A DNA stretch of 44,746 nt from a virus (IMGVR_UViG_3300044297_000213:1-44746), one strand, 5' to 3'. Positions 28,308-37,057 are shown, counted from the stretch's first letter. Program-made: numbers and translations. Notes: generated by a model not told the origin, from the letters alone.

Positions 28308-30037
28308 TGAACCCCGCCGAGTAATGCTTGAAGACCATTCGCGCCGCCACCAACATCAGCTTGTGATAGATTCTTTGCACCTTGAGCAAGTTGCTGCGCA
28401 ATTGCGGCTTGCTGTGCGGCTTGCTGCTGTTGGGCACGCTGTTGCCGAATTGCCATAACAGCATCAGGCGGTCGAATCATTCTAGGATCATTGTTTAGAA
28501 GACTTGAATATTTGTCAAGCGCAAAATCAGTGTCGATGTTATCCATAATCTCAGGTTTGACGCCGACAATATTTCCGGCTGTAGAAAGCACCCGTTCAAT
28601 CGAAGCGGCTTGAGTTGCAGATTGAGCCTGAGCCAACATTGATACAAAATCAATATTCATTGCCTTCCCGGCGATCTCTTGTGGAGGCGGGGGAAGAATA
28701 CCTGCACGCGCGGCGATTGAAAACACACGTTCGAGAATAGGTTTTAGAACTTCATTATCGATTCGTTCTAGCGCAGGCCCAAGCATAACAAGGGATTCTG
28801 ATTTACGCAGATCCCATTCAAGCGCAGTTACATTTGAGCGAGTTTCATATTGTGACGCGGTGCGAAGAACATCGTTGAAAAAGATTTGGGCAAGCCGGGT
28901 TTTGGCTTCGGTAAGGTCTGCGGTGATTTCTTGCACCGGAAACTTAGTGTCATAAACTGAGGCAAAACCGGGCTTACCCGATGCAGTATAACCTGTCACA
29001 TAAGTCACACCGCCGGGGGTCAGATTCGCGGGTTGGTTTTTAAGTTGAATATCCGCAACAAGCGGAGGATTTACCATCTTGTCAATTGCTTGGGCCTTGC
29101 GTCGAGTTTCAAGCTGAATTTGTTTTTGATCAGGAAGTCCGTCCATGCCTGGGGATCGACCATAGGCATCGTTAGAAACCACGTCCCAACGGCCGATAAT
29201 AGCCGCCTGCTCGAAGTATCCACGGCGACGAAGAAAACCAGTCGGCGTCGTTCCACCACCTTGCGGGCTGGCTGAACTTCCCCATTCCCAGTAAGCTTCG
29301 CGGAATTTGAATCTATCGGGAAATCCAAACTCTCGTCCGCGGCCATCGTTGTTTGGTTCAATAGAATGGGCGACAATTATCTCACGGGCCCGGCCGGAAC
29401 CGTCAGGAAGGTTGTAGGCATCGCGAACACTTTGTGAACAATTCTCAATTCCAAATTCAGAAACAACATTTTCAATGGTTTTGGTGTATTCACGGTAAAA
29501 AATTGTGGGTCGGTATTGACCGTCAATACCGACATAATATTCACCAAGGCATGGATTAATACAATTAATCACATTATCATAATCTTCATAAACAAGCATA
29601 GCACCAGTGCCGAAGACAACAAGGTCATAATAAAGTACCGCAATGGAATTATAAAAATTAGATTCAGCGAAGATAAGATAAAGTAGCCGTTCACATTCAG
29701 CGAGCCAAAGCGAAACTGGTGTGGTTAAGGTGGAATCAAGGCGGCCGATGCGGAGTTTAAACCACCGCGTAGTTGGTGAAGATTTGCCTGAAACCAAACC
29801 CGATGCAAGATTTCGCGCGTAGATGCAGCCCGAAGAATCAAGAATATTCTGATTAATCGGGCTGCCACGATTAGCTTGATTTGGTGTAATGAGCCATTTA
29901 TATCTACGAGGGATGAAATACTCAGCCAGTTCACGATAATGCGCGAACCAAGAATAGCGGTTCACTCGAAGGCTGATCAAGCGGCCTTCGGAGTAACGGC
30001 GGAATTTAAAATCTACAGCAGAATCACTCATTATCAT
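28304..30037 (-). CDS. Portal (head-tail connector), T7/BPP-1 type
   Basis: LASGL, SNFY, FGTG, YGRSPG, LGP.LER, Gln-rich tail. Confidence 0.93.
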   Translation of the reverse strand: MIMSDSAVDFKFRRYSEGRLISLRVNRYSWFAHYRELAEYFIPRRYKWLITPNQANRGSPINQNILDSSGCIYARNLASGLVSGKSSPTTRWFKLRIGRLDSTLTTPVSLWLAECERLLYLIFAESNFYNSIAVLYYDLVVFGTGAMLVYEDYDNVINCINPCLGEYYVGIDGQYRPTIFYREYTKTIENVVSEFGIENCSQSVRDAYNLPDGSGRAREIIVAHSIEPNNDGRGREFGFPDRFKFREAYWEWGSSASPQGGGTTPTGFLRRRGYFEQAAIIGRWDVVSNDAYGRSPGMDGLPDQKQIQLETRRKAQAIDKMVNPPLVADIQLKNQPANLTPGGVTYVTGYTASGKPGFASVYDTKFPVQEITADLTEAKTRLAQIFFNDVLRTASQYETRSNVTALEWDLRKSESLVMLGPALERIDNEVLKPILERVFSIAARAGILPPPPQEIAGKAMNIDFVSMLAQAQSATQAASIERVLSTAGNIVGVKPEIMDNIDTDFALDKYSSLLNNDPRMIRPPDAVMAIRQQRAQQQQAAQQAAIAQQLAQGAKNLSQADVGGGANGLQALLGGVQ

Positions 30038-30209
30038 TTTCCGTCGGAATAGAGCGATCTTCTTTAATATCAGGTTCTTGATCTGGAACAGAATTGATTT
30101 CCGGAATAACTAATCGCCCCTGCTCATTCATAACCCCAGCTGCCATGAGCAGATAATTCTGATCTACTTGAGGCAAAGCCGTCTGGCTTGACTGAGGTAC
30201 AGTGAGCAT
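30024..30209 (-). CDS. Hypothetical protein
   Basis: ATG 30209 immediately after the upstream stop. Confidence 0.5.
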   Translation of the reverse strand: MLTVPQSSQTALPQVDQNYLLMAAGVMNEQGRLVIPEINSVPDQEPDIKEDRSIPTENDNE

Positions 30210-30210
30210 A

Positions 30211-30450
30211 TTATTGCCCCAATAAAGTATGTGAAGCAGTATTTTGCTGCTGTGGCGCAGCAGCGGCCGCGAGAAAGCTCGGGGCCTGCGCCGGTTTATT
30301 AGTTGAAGGACTACCTTCCGGAGAACGAGCAGGAGCAGCCGGTGGCGGAGGAGCATTTACAGTAGGAGCCTGTGCCTGTCCGCCCGCCATCAAACTTCCA
30401 AAAAGTCCCGCGCCAGCAGAGATAAGTCCAATCGTCAATGGATCCGCCAT
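30211..30450 (-). CDS. Small Pro/Ala-rich virion protein (pre-portal, ends TLLGQ)
   Basis: Start ATG 30450; typical small gene before the portal in T7/BPP-1-like phages. Confidence 0.65.
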   Translation of the reverse strand: MADPLTIGLISAGAGLFGSLMAGGQAQAPTVNAPPPPAAPARSPEGSPSTNKPAQAPSFLAAAAAPQQQNTASHTLLGQ

Positions 30451-30451
30451 A

Positions 30452-31957
30452 TCACGCCGCCATTCTTTCAGGTGAGTAAGGATCGTATTCGGAGATAACA
30501 TTCGGCGTATGCGGATGATCCCCACCCGCCGAAGCATTACGAGAAAGTTGGTGAGCGAAGGTTAAGACCAACGCATCTATATCATCGAGTGAAATTCCAT
30601 TTCCATCTTCGTCGACAAGGTCTTCTTTACGTTCAAGGATGATTTCATCTTTTTTATTGAAAGTATATTTAATTGCCAACATCTGCCGCCGAAGTTCGGG
30701 ATCGTTGGGGATGGCACCGGTACGAAGCCATGCGCGGCAAGCACCGTACATGGCGGCGCGGTTATTTGCGTATTTCTCTCCGGTGTTGCCCCAGATAGTG
30801 TTGTATACTACATCTTTGCCTCCAAATTGAACTTCATAACAAAAGATCCGCTTTTGACGAATATTATCTACAACACCACCACCCACGCCGCCACCATCAA
30901 CCATGATCCCATCGGGCCGCATGGTTTCATTAAATACGGCGACTTCATCTGCGAGAGCTACAGTAGATAGACCGTTATACCGTCTTCGTTCTATTGTACG
31001 TGCGTCACGACCTTTACGGGGGAAAATGACTGATGCATTCATACCAAACCGAGCAACGTCAACACCAACGGCAAGCGGGTCGGAAATATCAACATAAACT
31101 TCTCGCGTCATTGCAGCATCAATATCTGCGGCGACGAAAAATTCCATCAGACCCTTACGAGGGAATTGACCGAGTACACGGACGCGAACGAAATCGGAAT
31201 CGTCTCCGTAGGCTGTGACCCAATTATTAAGACGGCTTTTGTTTGTAATTCGAACTGTACGAGAGTCGATTTGATTATGTTGCCATTGGTCGGCAAATTT
31301 GCCACCGTCGAAACATTCACGGAAGCGTCCTGTATTTCTGGTTGGGTTGCCAAATGCGAGCCAGATGATTTCGGTGTCAGAGTCTGTAAGCGCACCTTCA
31401 GCGGTCTCCCAAATGATATCTGGAATCTCAGAACCTTCATCAAACACAAGAAGAATTCGTTTACCTTGGTTATGGAGACCCGCGAACGCCGCCGGATTTT
31501 TTTCAGACCATGGAATCATATCGATTCGCCAAGTACGTTCGCGTTCAGGATCTTTAGAGAATAAACCTGTTGCGGTCAGATTAAAATGTTCTCGGCCAAA
31601 CCAACACAGATTAAACCATTTACCAAGCTCAGCCCATGTTTTAGTTTTAAGCTGTGTTTCAGTATTAGCTGTGACAACTCCGCGAGTATCCGGGAAAGTG
31701 CAGAAAGCCCAGAGAATTAAATGTGCAACAGTCGCGGATTTGCCAATACCATGGCCGGACGCAGTTGCGATTTGAATTGCAGTGTTAGTATCAATGAGTC
31801 CATCGCGAATTTGATTCATGAGCTTTACAGCCCATTCCTCAGGGCCGGAAAACTTTTCAAGCACAGTGCCTGATTGACCCCATGGAAAAGCACCCATTGT
31901 GAATGCCAATGGGTCATTTTTAACAGATGCAAGCCATGAAAACAATTCAATGGTCAT
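30452..31957 (-). CDS. terL: Terminase large subunit
   Basis: SGHGIGKS Walker A, VFDEGS Walker B, GNPTR, GVDVARFG nuclease motif. Confidence 0.95.
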   Translation of the reverse strand: MTIELFSWLASVKNDPLAFTMGAFPWGQSGTVLEKFSGPEEWAVKLMNQIRDGLIDTNTAIQIATASGHGIGKSATVAHLILWAFCTFPDTRGVVTANTETQLKTKTWAELGKWFNLCWFGREHFNLTATGLFSKDPERERTWRIDMIPWSEKNPAAFAGLHNQGKRILLVFDEGSEIPDIIWETAEGALTDSDTEIIWLAFGNPTRNTGRFRECFDGGKFADQWQHNQIDSRTVRITNKSRLNNWVTAYGDDSDFVRVRVLGQFPRKGLMEFFVAADIDAAMTREVYVDISDPLAVGVDVARFGMNASVIFPRKGRDARTIERRRYNGLSTVALADEVAVFNETMRPDGIMVDGGGVGGGVVDNIRQKRIFCYEVQFGGKDVVYNTIWGNTGEKYANNRAAMYGACRAWLRTGAIPNDPELRRQMLAIKYTFNKKDEIILERKEDLVDEDGNGISLDDIDALVLTFAHQLSRNASAGGDHPHTPNVISEYDPYSPERMAA

Positions 31958-32241
31958 TGCGCAGCCTGCCTTGCAGAATTAATGATACTTTCTGTAATCG
32001 GGCCAAAAGTTCGCGCTGCGCGCATACAATCGCCCCTTAGACATGAACGCTCTATCTCAGCATTGATCAGGCCTATCATAAGCTGTGCCTGCTCGGTAGT
32101 CAACGGTACAGACAAGGAAATCGCAGCAGCTTGCCTCGCCGCACGTGAAATTGGCGTTTCTGGTATATTAGGAGCAGGAGCTGGTTCTTCCTGAGCTAGC
32201 GCGGTAGTAGCACAGAACAGAAATGCAATAAGTGTGCGCAC
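31954..32241 (-). CDS. Signal-peptide-bearing small helical protein (putative fibre chaperone)
   Basis: True start GTG 32241 (GAGGAG RBS): MRTLIAFLFCATTALA/Q; LTTEQAQLMIGLI helix; CLRGDC. Confidence 0.7.
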   Translation of the reverse strand: MRTLIAFLFCATTALAQEEPAPAPNIPETPISRAARQAAAISLSVPLTTEQAQLMIGLINAEIERSCLRGDCMRAARTFGPITESIINSARQAAQ

Positions 32242-32251
32242 GAAAATCTCC

Positions 32252-33796
32252 TCAGTAAGCCGGAATGTATCGAACGGTGCCGGAGGCATTCTTCACAACA
32301 AACCATTCTTGAATGGTTGTATGAGAACCAGTCGGACCAAGACTTGTCATAGTGGTGGCCACGGCACCATTGGCCGTCCATTGCGCGGAGGAATTAAATT
32401 GCATCGCATTATTTAAATCCCACGTCAAAACTGCGTCGGATAGACCGAACCCGTTTGTGTCGGTACTTATGCGATTAAACAATCCAAGAAGTCCCGCACC
32501 TTGTGAGTTTTGTCTAATAAAGCCAACACCACCTTTTGGAACGGTAGTTTCGCCACCGGTTGTCACATCAAATCCGATTGACGCTAAAGGGCTGCCGCCA
32601 TTATCATTACGCGCAATGAAATTATAAGCAGTTCCGTTTATGGATGCATAAGACTCAACTATATTACTTGGCGTGGTTATACGAAAGCGTTGATTAGTTG
32701 CAATGTTCATAAATGCAAGTACAGAAGCCGAAGCTCCGTTATAACCGCGAAAATACAAAGGCACAGAAGCAACATTAGCTGCGGCGCCACTCGTAGCACC
32801 AAGAAACATACCTGTGGTTACACTGTTATCTGAGATTACAAAACCATTATCCCATTTAACATTAGTTCCAAGCGGGCTGACGATGGCTGCTGTCACGGTG
32901 CCCGACGGTTTGACTGTAGATCCGCCAATGAAAACAAGACCATAACCATTACCTGTCGGAGTTGCATTCGAATGATTTTTCACAAAATCCATATCGATTT
33001 CAATACCATAAAGAGTATCAAAATCATAACCTTGACCATCGGCTGCAACAGCAAGGCCTTTTATATTTCTTGTTACAGTGTTTAAACCCCAAAGATTTCC
33101 TGATGTATTTCTCGAAAGTGACGCGAGCGAAAAAACGCCAACAGAAGTGCCGCCTGCAACACTTGGTGCGTCCATTATATAAGCTGAAACTGCTGTGTGA
33201 GGCCATGGTGATTGAGTTTGACCTACTGGAACAGCAACAGCAGAGGACAATCCACCCATCACACCCAGCGGTATGTATGAATCAGAAGGATAATTACCGA
33301 CATTCAAATAAGCAGGAAATGTGGGGATTGATCCAAATGAACTAGGCCATGAGGCATTAATCGCAAGACTTGTGCCGGTGAGATTGGCCGAAGTTGTACC
33401 TGTAACTGTCAATGGATACCAAGTTTGAAGCGTTGCAGAATATTGATACGTTAACGCCTGATTTGTTGATGAAGTGCAACTTGTAACGCTCGCGGCAGAA
33501 ACAGCATCAGAGCCGTTTGACGTTACAGAAAGTGTTCCGACCGCGCCACCTGGACAGGAAATGGAAATTAGTTGTCCATCAAATGAAGGAAATGGAAGTT
33601 TTATGTTCCAAGTAGTAATTGCACCTTGTGCGAGAACATTAATATTGTTCGGAGAAACTGCATTACGAACGACGGTTGTGACCGTCGTCCCCGGCTGAAC
33701 ATTAATAACACCCGTTGCATAAATTGGCGGGTTCAAGAAACCTTGAGCAAAAGCCGAAGTAGAAACAAAAAGTCCGGTGAGAAATGATTTAATCAT
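32252..33796 (-). CDS. Fibre/receptor-binding-like protein with signal peptide
   Basis: Likely start ATG 33796 (GAGG RBS): MIKSFLTGLFVSTSAFA/Q; G/S/T/N-rich beta sequence; fibre-type C-terminus WFVVKNASGTVRYIPAY. Confidence 0.75.
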   Translation of the reverse strand: MIKSFLTGLFVSTSAFAQGFLNPPIYATGVINVQPGTTVTTVVRNAVSPNNINVLAQGAITTWNIKLPFPSFDGQLISISCPGGAVGTLSVTSNGSDAVSAASVTSCTSSTNQALTYQYSATLQTWYPLTVTGTTSANLTGTSLAINASWPSSFGSIPTFPAYLNVGNYPSDSYIPLGVMGGLSSAVAVPVGQTQSPWPHTAVSAYIMDAPSVAGGTSVGVFSLASLSRNTSGNLWGLNTVTRNIKGLAVAADGQGYDFDTLYGIEIDMDFVKNHSNATPTGNGYGLVFIGGSTVKPSGTVTAAIVSPLGTNVKWDNGFVISDNSVTTGMFLGATSGAAANVASVPLYFRGYNGASASVLAFMNIATNQRFRITTPSNIVESYASINGTAYNFIARNDNGGSPLASIGFDVTTGGETTVPKGGVGFIRQNSQGAGLLGLFNRISTDTNGFGLSDAVLTWDLNNAMQFNSSAQWTANGAVATTMTSLGPTGSHTTIQEWFVVKNASGTVRYIPAY

Positions 33797-33804
33797 AATT
33801 AACC

Positions 33805-34434
33805 TCATGGAGTTTCGTCTTCGGCAACAAGCGCAAGGTTAGTCCATGCATCGGCGGCGCCACCAGTGAAGCCGGTGATGTTGGCAAATCCGATTTTATA
33901 TCCCGCGCCAAGTGCAAGGTCAGGCATGGTGATAATAACATTGGTGCTATTTGCCGTTGGCGCGAATGGGTGCCCCGCATATGGTTGATTACTCAAACTC
34001 GCAGTTTGAGTGAAGATAAAAATTCCCTGCCAAACCACACCGTTGGAAGAATCCCAAATATAAGTGCTAATTCGCCTATTGGCAACGGTGGCGTCAGTGG
34101 TGAATAGTCCATAAAGAGCCCGCGGCCTGTAGACTTTACCAGCCGGGATTTGATATCGAGCGATGCCGTTAACTCCGCCCGGGGATGCTTCGAAAGAGGC
34201 TTGGGTTACCACTATGGGACGTGAAGCCCGCACGGCGAGAAGACTGCCTGAGGAATCACATTGAACCAACGCAAATTGGCCGGTAGTAATACTAGGCGCG
34301 GTGGAGTTATATGCGCAAGCAAGACCAGAGATCGGCGGGGTTGTGGTGGTCTGAGCCCGAAGATCGGCGAAGATGCCGAAGGTCATGATTAGACCAGCTA
34401 GTAAAGTCAGAATGTAAAATTGAAATCTGTTCAT
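33805..34434 (-). CDS. Signal-peptide-bearing putative virion appendage protein
   Basis: MNRFQFYILTLLAGLIMTFGIFADLRA/Q; CAYNSTAPSITTGQFALVQCDSSG segment followed by a beta domain. Confidence 0.7.
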   Translation of the reverse strand: MNRFQFYILTLLAGLIMTFGIFADLRAQTTTTPPISGLACAYNSTAPSITTGQFALVQCDSSGSLLAVRASRPIVVTQASFEASPGGVNGIARYQIPAGKVYRPRALYGLFTTDATVANRRISTYIWDSSNGVVWQGIFIFTQTASLSNQPYAGHPFAPTANSTNVIITMPDLALGAGYKIGFANITGFTGGAADAWTNLALVAEDETP

Positions 34435-34451
34435 GATCTTATCCTTAAACT

Positions 34452-34487
34452 GCCCGGGCTGGCACCAAGCCTAATACCAGCCCGGGC
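34452..34487 (-). promoter_or_regulatory. Strong GC-rich intergenic hairpin
   Basis: GCCCGGGCTGG/CCAGCCCGGGC perfect 11-bp IR, extended by G-U pairs only in the minus-strand RNA. Confidence 0.7.
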
Positions 34488-34519
34488 GCATCAGACGCGG
34501 CCCATGTTCCACGCCCGAA

Positions 34520-35065
34520 TTAATCCTCAAGTGGTTTGGCGTCGATAACACTACGCGAGCGCGCAATTGCTGCTTCGAGACTAGCGGCGAAGTTTAGATT
34601 CACATTCTGCGTCGCGGTCTTACGATGATAACCAACTCGATCGGCGGAAGAATCAGCGATTGCAAGAAGACGGTTTATTGGGAGGAGTTCCTCCCTGTCG
34701 TCTGCCTCATCCAGATGATCGTTTATCTGCCGCCATGCTTTTCGCCCTGCGGCACGGATATCTTCAAAGAAATTATCCCGGCCTTCACGCCAGGATTCAT
34801 GGATTTCTTCGCGGTATTTGGCGATAAGCTCTTGCATCGCCGGGGCCCGGGATAGCATAGAGACGCGTTCTTTAGTGTATCCAGTCGCCTCGGCGACTTG
34901 AATATTAGTCATGCCTTCGGCGAGAAGCATTGCCACGTTGTGATGTGAATTGCGGATGATCTTCATCCGCAAATTCGGCGCCGCGGCAGGAGAATTTAAA
35001 AACGATGAATCCTGCGCCGTCATAGGGCGGATTGACTTAATCTCGATCTTCTCAATCGGTCTCAC
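34520..35065 (-). CDS. Putative terminase small subunit (N-terminal HTH)
   Basis: LLAEGMTNIQVAEATGYTKERVS HTH, DRVGY, NVNLNF..LEAA; early in the late operon. Confidence 0.65.
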   Translation of the reverse strand: MRPIEKIEIKSIRPMTAQDSSFLNSPAAAPNLRMKIIRNSHHNVAMLLAEGMTNIQVAEATGYTKERVSMLSRAPAMQELIAKYREEIHESWREGRDNFFEDIRAAGRKAWRQINDHLDEADDREELLPINRLLAIADSSADRVGYHRKTATQNVNLNFAASLEAAIARSRSVIDAKPLED

Positions 35066-35385
35066 GCGCGCCTCCTAATGTAGGTGACGTTATCTTGCAT
35101 AGGGCTGGGGGCGGGGAGATTATAATGCGGTTTATATTCCTCAATAAGTTTATTAACCAAATCCTGAACTCGGTCAGGATGCTCTGGCCGGATTAAAATT
35201 TCATCGAACACAATACCCTGAATTGGCAGCCATGCTTTTTGAGGCTTCCGCGCGAGATTACGGTGAGTGGCGATCCGACTCAGCATTGATTTATTCGCGG
35301 CTCCGACAAACACAACCCGACCGCGAGCCCGGAGCACATAAACCCCGCCCGCCAAAACCGCCGAAATGTCCGCGAAGCCTTCCAT
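35062..35385 (-). CDS. GIY-YIG-like protein
   Basis: GVYVL...VVFVGAA...SRIATH...LIEEYKPHYN. Confidence 0.65.
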   Translation of the reverse strand: MEGFADISAVLAGGVYVLRARGRVVFVGAANKSMLSRIATHRNLARKPQKAWLPIQGIVFDEILIRPEHPDRVQDLVNKLIEEYKPHYNLPAPSPMQDNVTYIRRRA

Positions 35386-35408
35386 AGAATCCTCGATTCT
35401 CAGCTTAA

Positions 35409-35437
35409 ACTAGAGCATAGGGGTGTAGAAAAGTCAA
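35409..35437 (-). promoter_or_regulatory. Candidate promoter of the late operon
   Basis: TTGACT-N17-TCTAGT (weak -10) upstream of the GAGG RBS of the GIY-YIG gene. Confidence 0.45.
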
Positions 35438-35612
35438 GGGAAATTTTAAATTTTCAAAATTTTAAATTTTTGCTGAGAAGGGGTTTGCGGCGATCGGTCG
35501 AGGCAATTTTTGGCCCACCCCACCCACGGCTGGTATTTGAATTGGGAATTGAATGTCGATTGATAACGAAGAGGCGGAAGTTAGTGAGGGTTTAGTAAGG
35601 TAGAATGCAGGC

Positions 35613-35641
35613 AAAGAAAAACCCGCCGGTGAGGGCGGGTT
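35613..35641 (-). terminator. Intrinsic terminator ending the leftward early operon
   Basis: CCCGCC-ctcacc-GGCGGG followed by TTTTTCTTT on the minus strand. Confidence 0.8.
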
Positions 35642-35663
35642 GGGAAGGGGAAGAGATTTGGGT

Positions 35664-35840
35664 CTATTTGATTTCAACCTGATATTCCTTTCCGTAGTCC
35701 ATAGCCATGGATTTACAACGTTTGCATTTCAGGTTGCGCCATTCGTCGGTTTTGTATTCCTTTGGCGGTTTGGCTTGTTGCATGTAACCGCATTCCTGAC
35801 ATTTACGCATCCAGATAGTTTTCAGATTTTCAAGGGACAT
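35664..35840 (-). CDS. 58-aa zinc-ribbon protein (below the ORF-track cutoff)
   Basis: AGGAG RBS; MSLENLKTIWMRKCQECG...KCKRCKS (CxxC...CxxC). Confidence 0.7.
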   Translation of the reverse strand: MSLENLKTIWMRKCQECGYMQQAKPPKEYKTDEWRNLKCKRCKSMAMDYGKEYQVEIK

Positions 35841-35849
35841 GGGAAGCTC

Positions 35850-36005
35850 CTAGACTGCAAAGAGAGCAGAAAGAAGGATGATAGTGAGGCAGGCATAGAA
35901 GGACCGGTCAACCCAGTTGATTGGACTGGGCTTGGTTAGGTAGAAACTTCCACCGAGTCGCCCGATGCGGAAATGATGCAGTCCGCCGATTTTGCGATAT
36001 GTCAT
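35850..36005 (-). CDS. 51-aa membrane-anchored protein (below the ORF-track cutoff)
   Basis: AAGGAG RBS; MTYRKIGGLHHFRIGRLGGSFY...CLTIILLSALFAV. Confidence 0.65.
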   Translation of the reverse strand: MTYRKIGGLHHFRIGRLGGSFYLTKPSPINWVDRSFYACLTIILLSALFAV

Positions 36006-36138
36006 GATTATCACTCCTTCTCAGTCAGGTCGATATAAAGCCGGGTGAGGTAGATAGCAACGAACGGCGAAGTCCAAAGGGCGATGTTGACACAGAGATG
36101 CGCGAAAGACATAGGAAACTCCATTCGTTGATGATTGT

Positions 36139-36167
36139 GTTATCTCATATCCCATCAACCTTGTCAA
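36139..36167 (-). promoter_or_regulatory. Candidate sigma70-type promoter
   Basis: TTGACA-N17-GATAAC. Confidence 0.5.
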
Positions 36168-36185
36168 GGCTTTTATCTCAGACAC

Positions 36186-36423
36186 TCCCTAGATACTCCC
36201 TATATCCGCCCCATATTGCTAGATTTGAAAAACTGGGCACTCTGCCCCCTCCCTACCCCTATATCCGTCAATCCATCTTCTATTTAAAAAAAAAAAATTC
36301 TCTAAATAGATAGAGATAGGGAGGGATATCCCCCTAGGGAGAGAGATGGAAGAGGGGTAGAGGCCAATCTAGCAATCTGGGGAGGATATGGGTAGGGTAT
36401 AGGGAGTATCTGGGGATTATGGG
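36186..36423. repeat. Long imperfect inverted repeat around a poly-A core; G4 motif in the right arm (candidate replication origin)
   Basis: Arms 36186-36225 and 36366-36416; inner TCTATTTA/TAAATAGA; six G3+ runs at 36379-36423. Confidence 0.75.
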
Positions 36424-36587
36424 AAGAGAGGAGAAGGAGGAGAATAATGGCCCCGCGCCGCATTTTCGTATTTCATATACCAATAATAAAGGGCAATGGT
36501 TAAGGTGTGATCATACCGATAATAATACCAATCGGCGATATGAGCACAATGGTTAGGGTTGAGCCGAGACGTTTCGATTGAGAACAT
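36417..36587 (-). CDS. Small Tyr-rich hypothetical protein
   Basis: AGGAG RBS before ATG 36587. Confidence 0.45.
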   Translation of the reverse strand: MFSIETSRLNPNHCAHIADWYYYRYDHTLTIALYYWYMKYENAARGHYSPPSPLFP

Positions 36588-36669
36588 GGGAAAGCTCCTG
36601 TTGGTTTGTCCAAGCTGGCGCAAGCTCAGTCGCGTCAGCGAAAGCCCGTGGTTTAATGTCCTGAATAAC

Positions 36670-36987
36670 TCAATCTTCAGAACACAATTCAATCGCTCGA
36701 TCAAAAGCGGCGAGAACTTCCGCGTGGGTGCGGTCTGGACTATCATTCCACCCTATAATACTATTCATATTTATTACTAGCTCAATAACTTGTTGAGCTT
36801 TATTGTTTGCAAATAAAGACTTTCCAGTCATTTCCATCGCCCCTAACATGCACCAGCAGACAGCAGATGCTTTATACCCAAATACAGATGGTTTACCATT
36901 TATATCCCTAGACATAGCCCCTTGCGTCCAATTTTCAGGCTTCTCAATGAGCTTCCGCGCGCCGATCAAGATTTCCCGCGTATTCAT
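36670..36987 (-). CDS. Conserved phage protein (DUF6197-like)
   Basis: WTQG...CWCMLGA...WNDSPDRTHAEVLAAFDRAI; GAGG RBS. Confidence 0.75.
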   Translation of the reverse strand: MNTREILIGARKLIEKPENWTQGAMSRDINGKPSVFGYKASAVCWCMLGAMEMTGKSLFANNKAQQVIELVINMNSIIGWNDSPDRTHAEVLAAFDRAIELCSED

Positions 36988-37025
36988 GGCTAGTTACCTC
37001 TTGTTGAGTGACAGACAAATCTAGC

Positions 37026-37057
37026 ATAAAGGCGGATCGGTATCAATCCGCCTTTAT
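37026..37057. terminator. Hairpin/possible bidirectional terminator
   Basis: Perfect 12-bp IR ATAAAGGCGGAT/ATCCGCCTTTAT. Confidence 0.65.

Noticed and set aside
24986-34434. Diversity-generating retroelement, expected from the BPP-1-like structural genes
   Set aside because: No reverse transcriptase (no YxDD-type ORF) and no TR/VR pair differing at adenines was seen.
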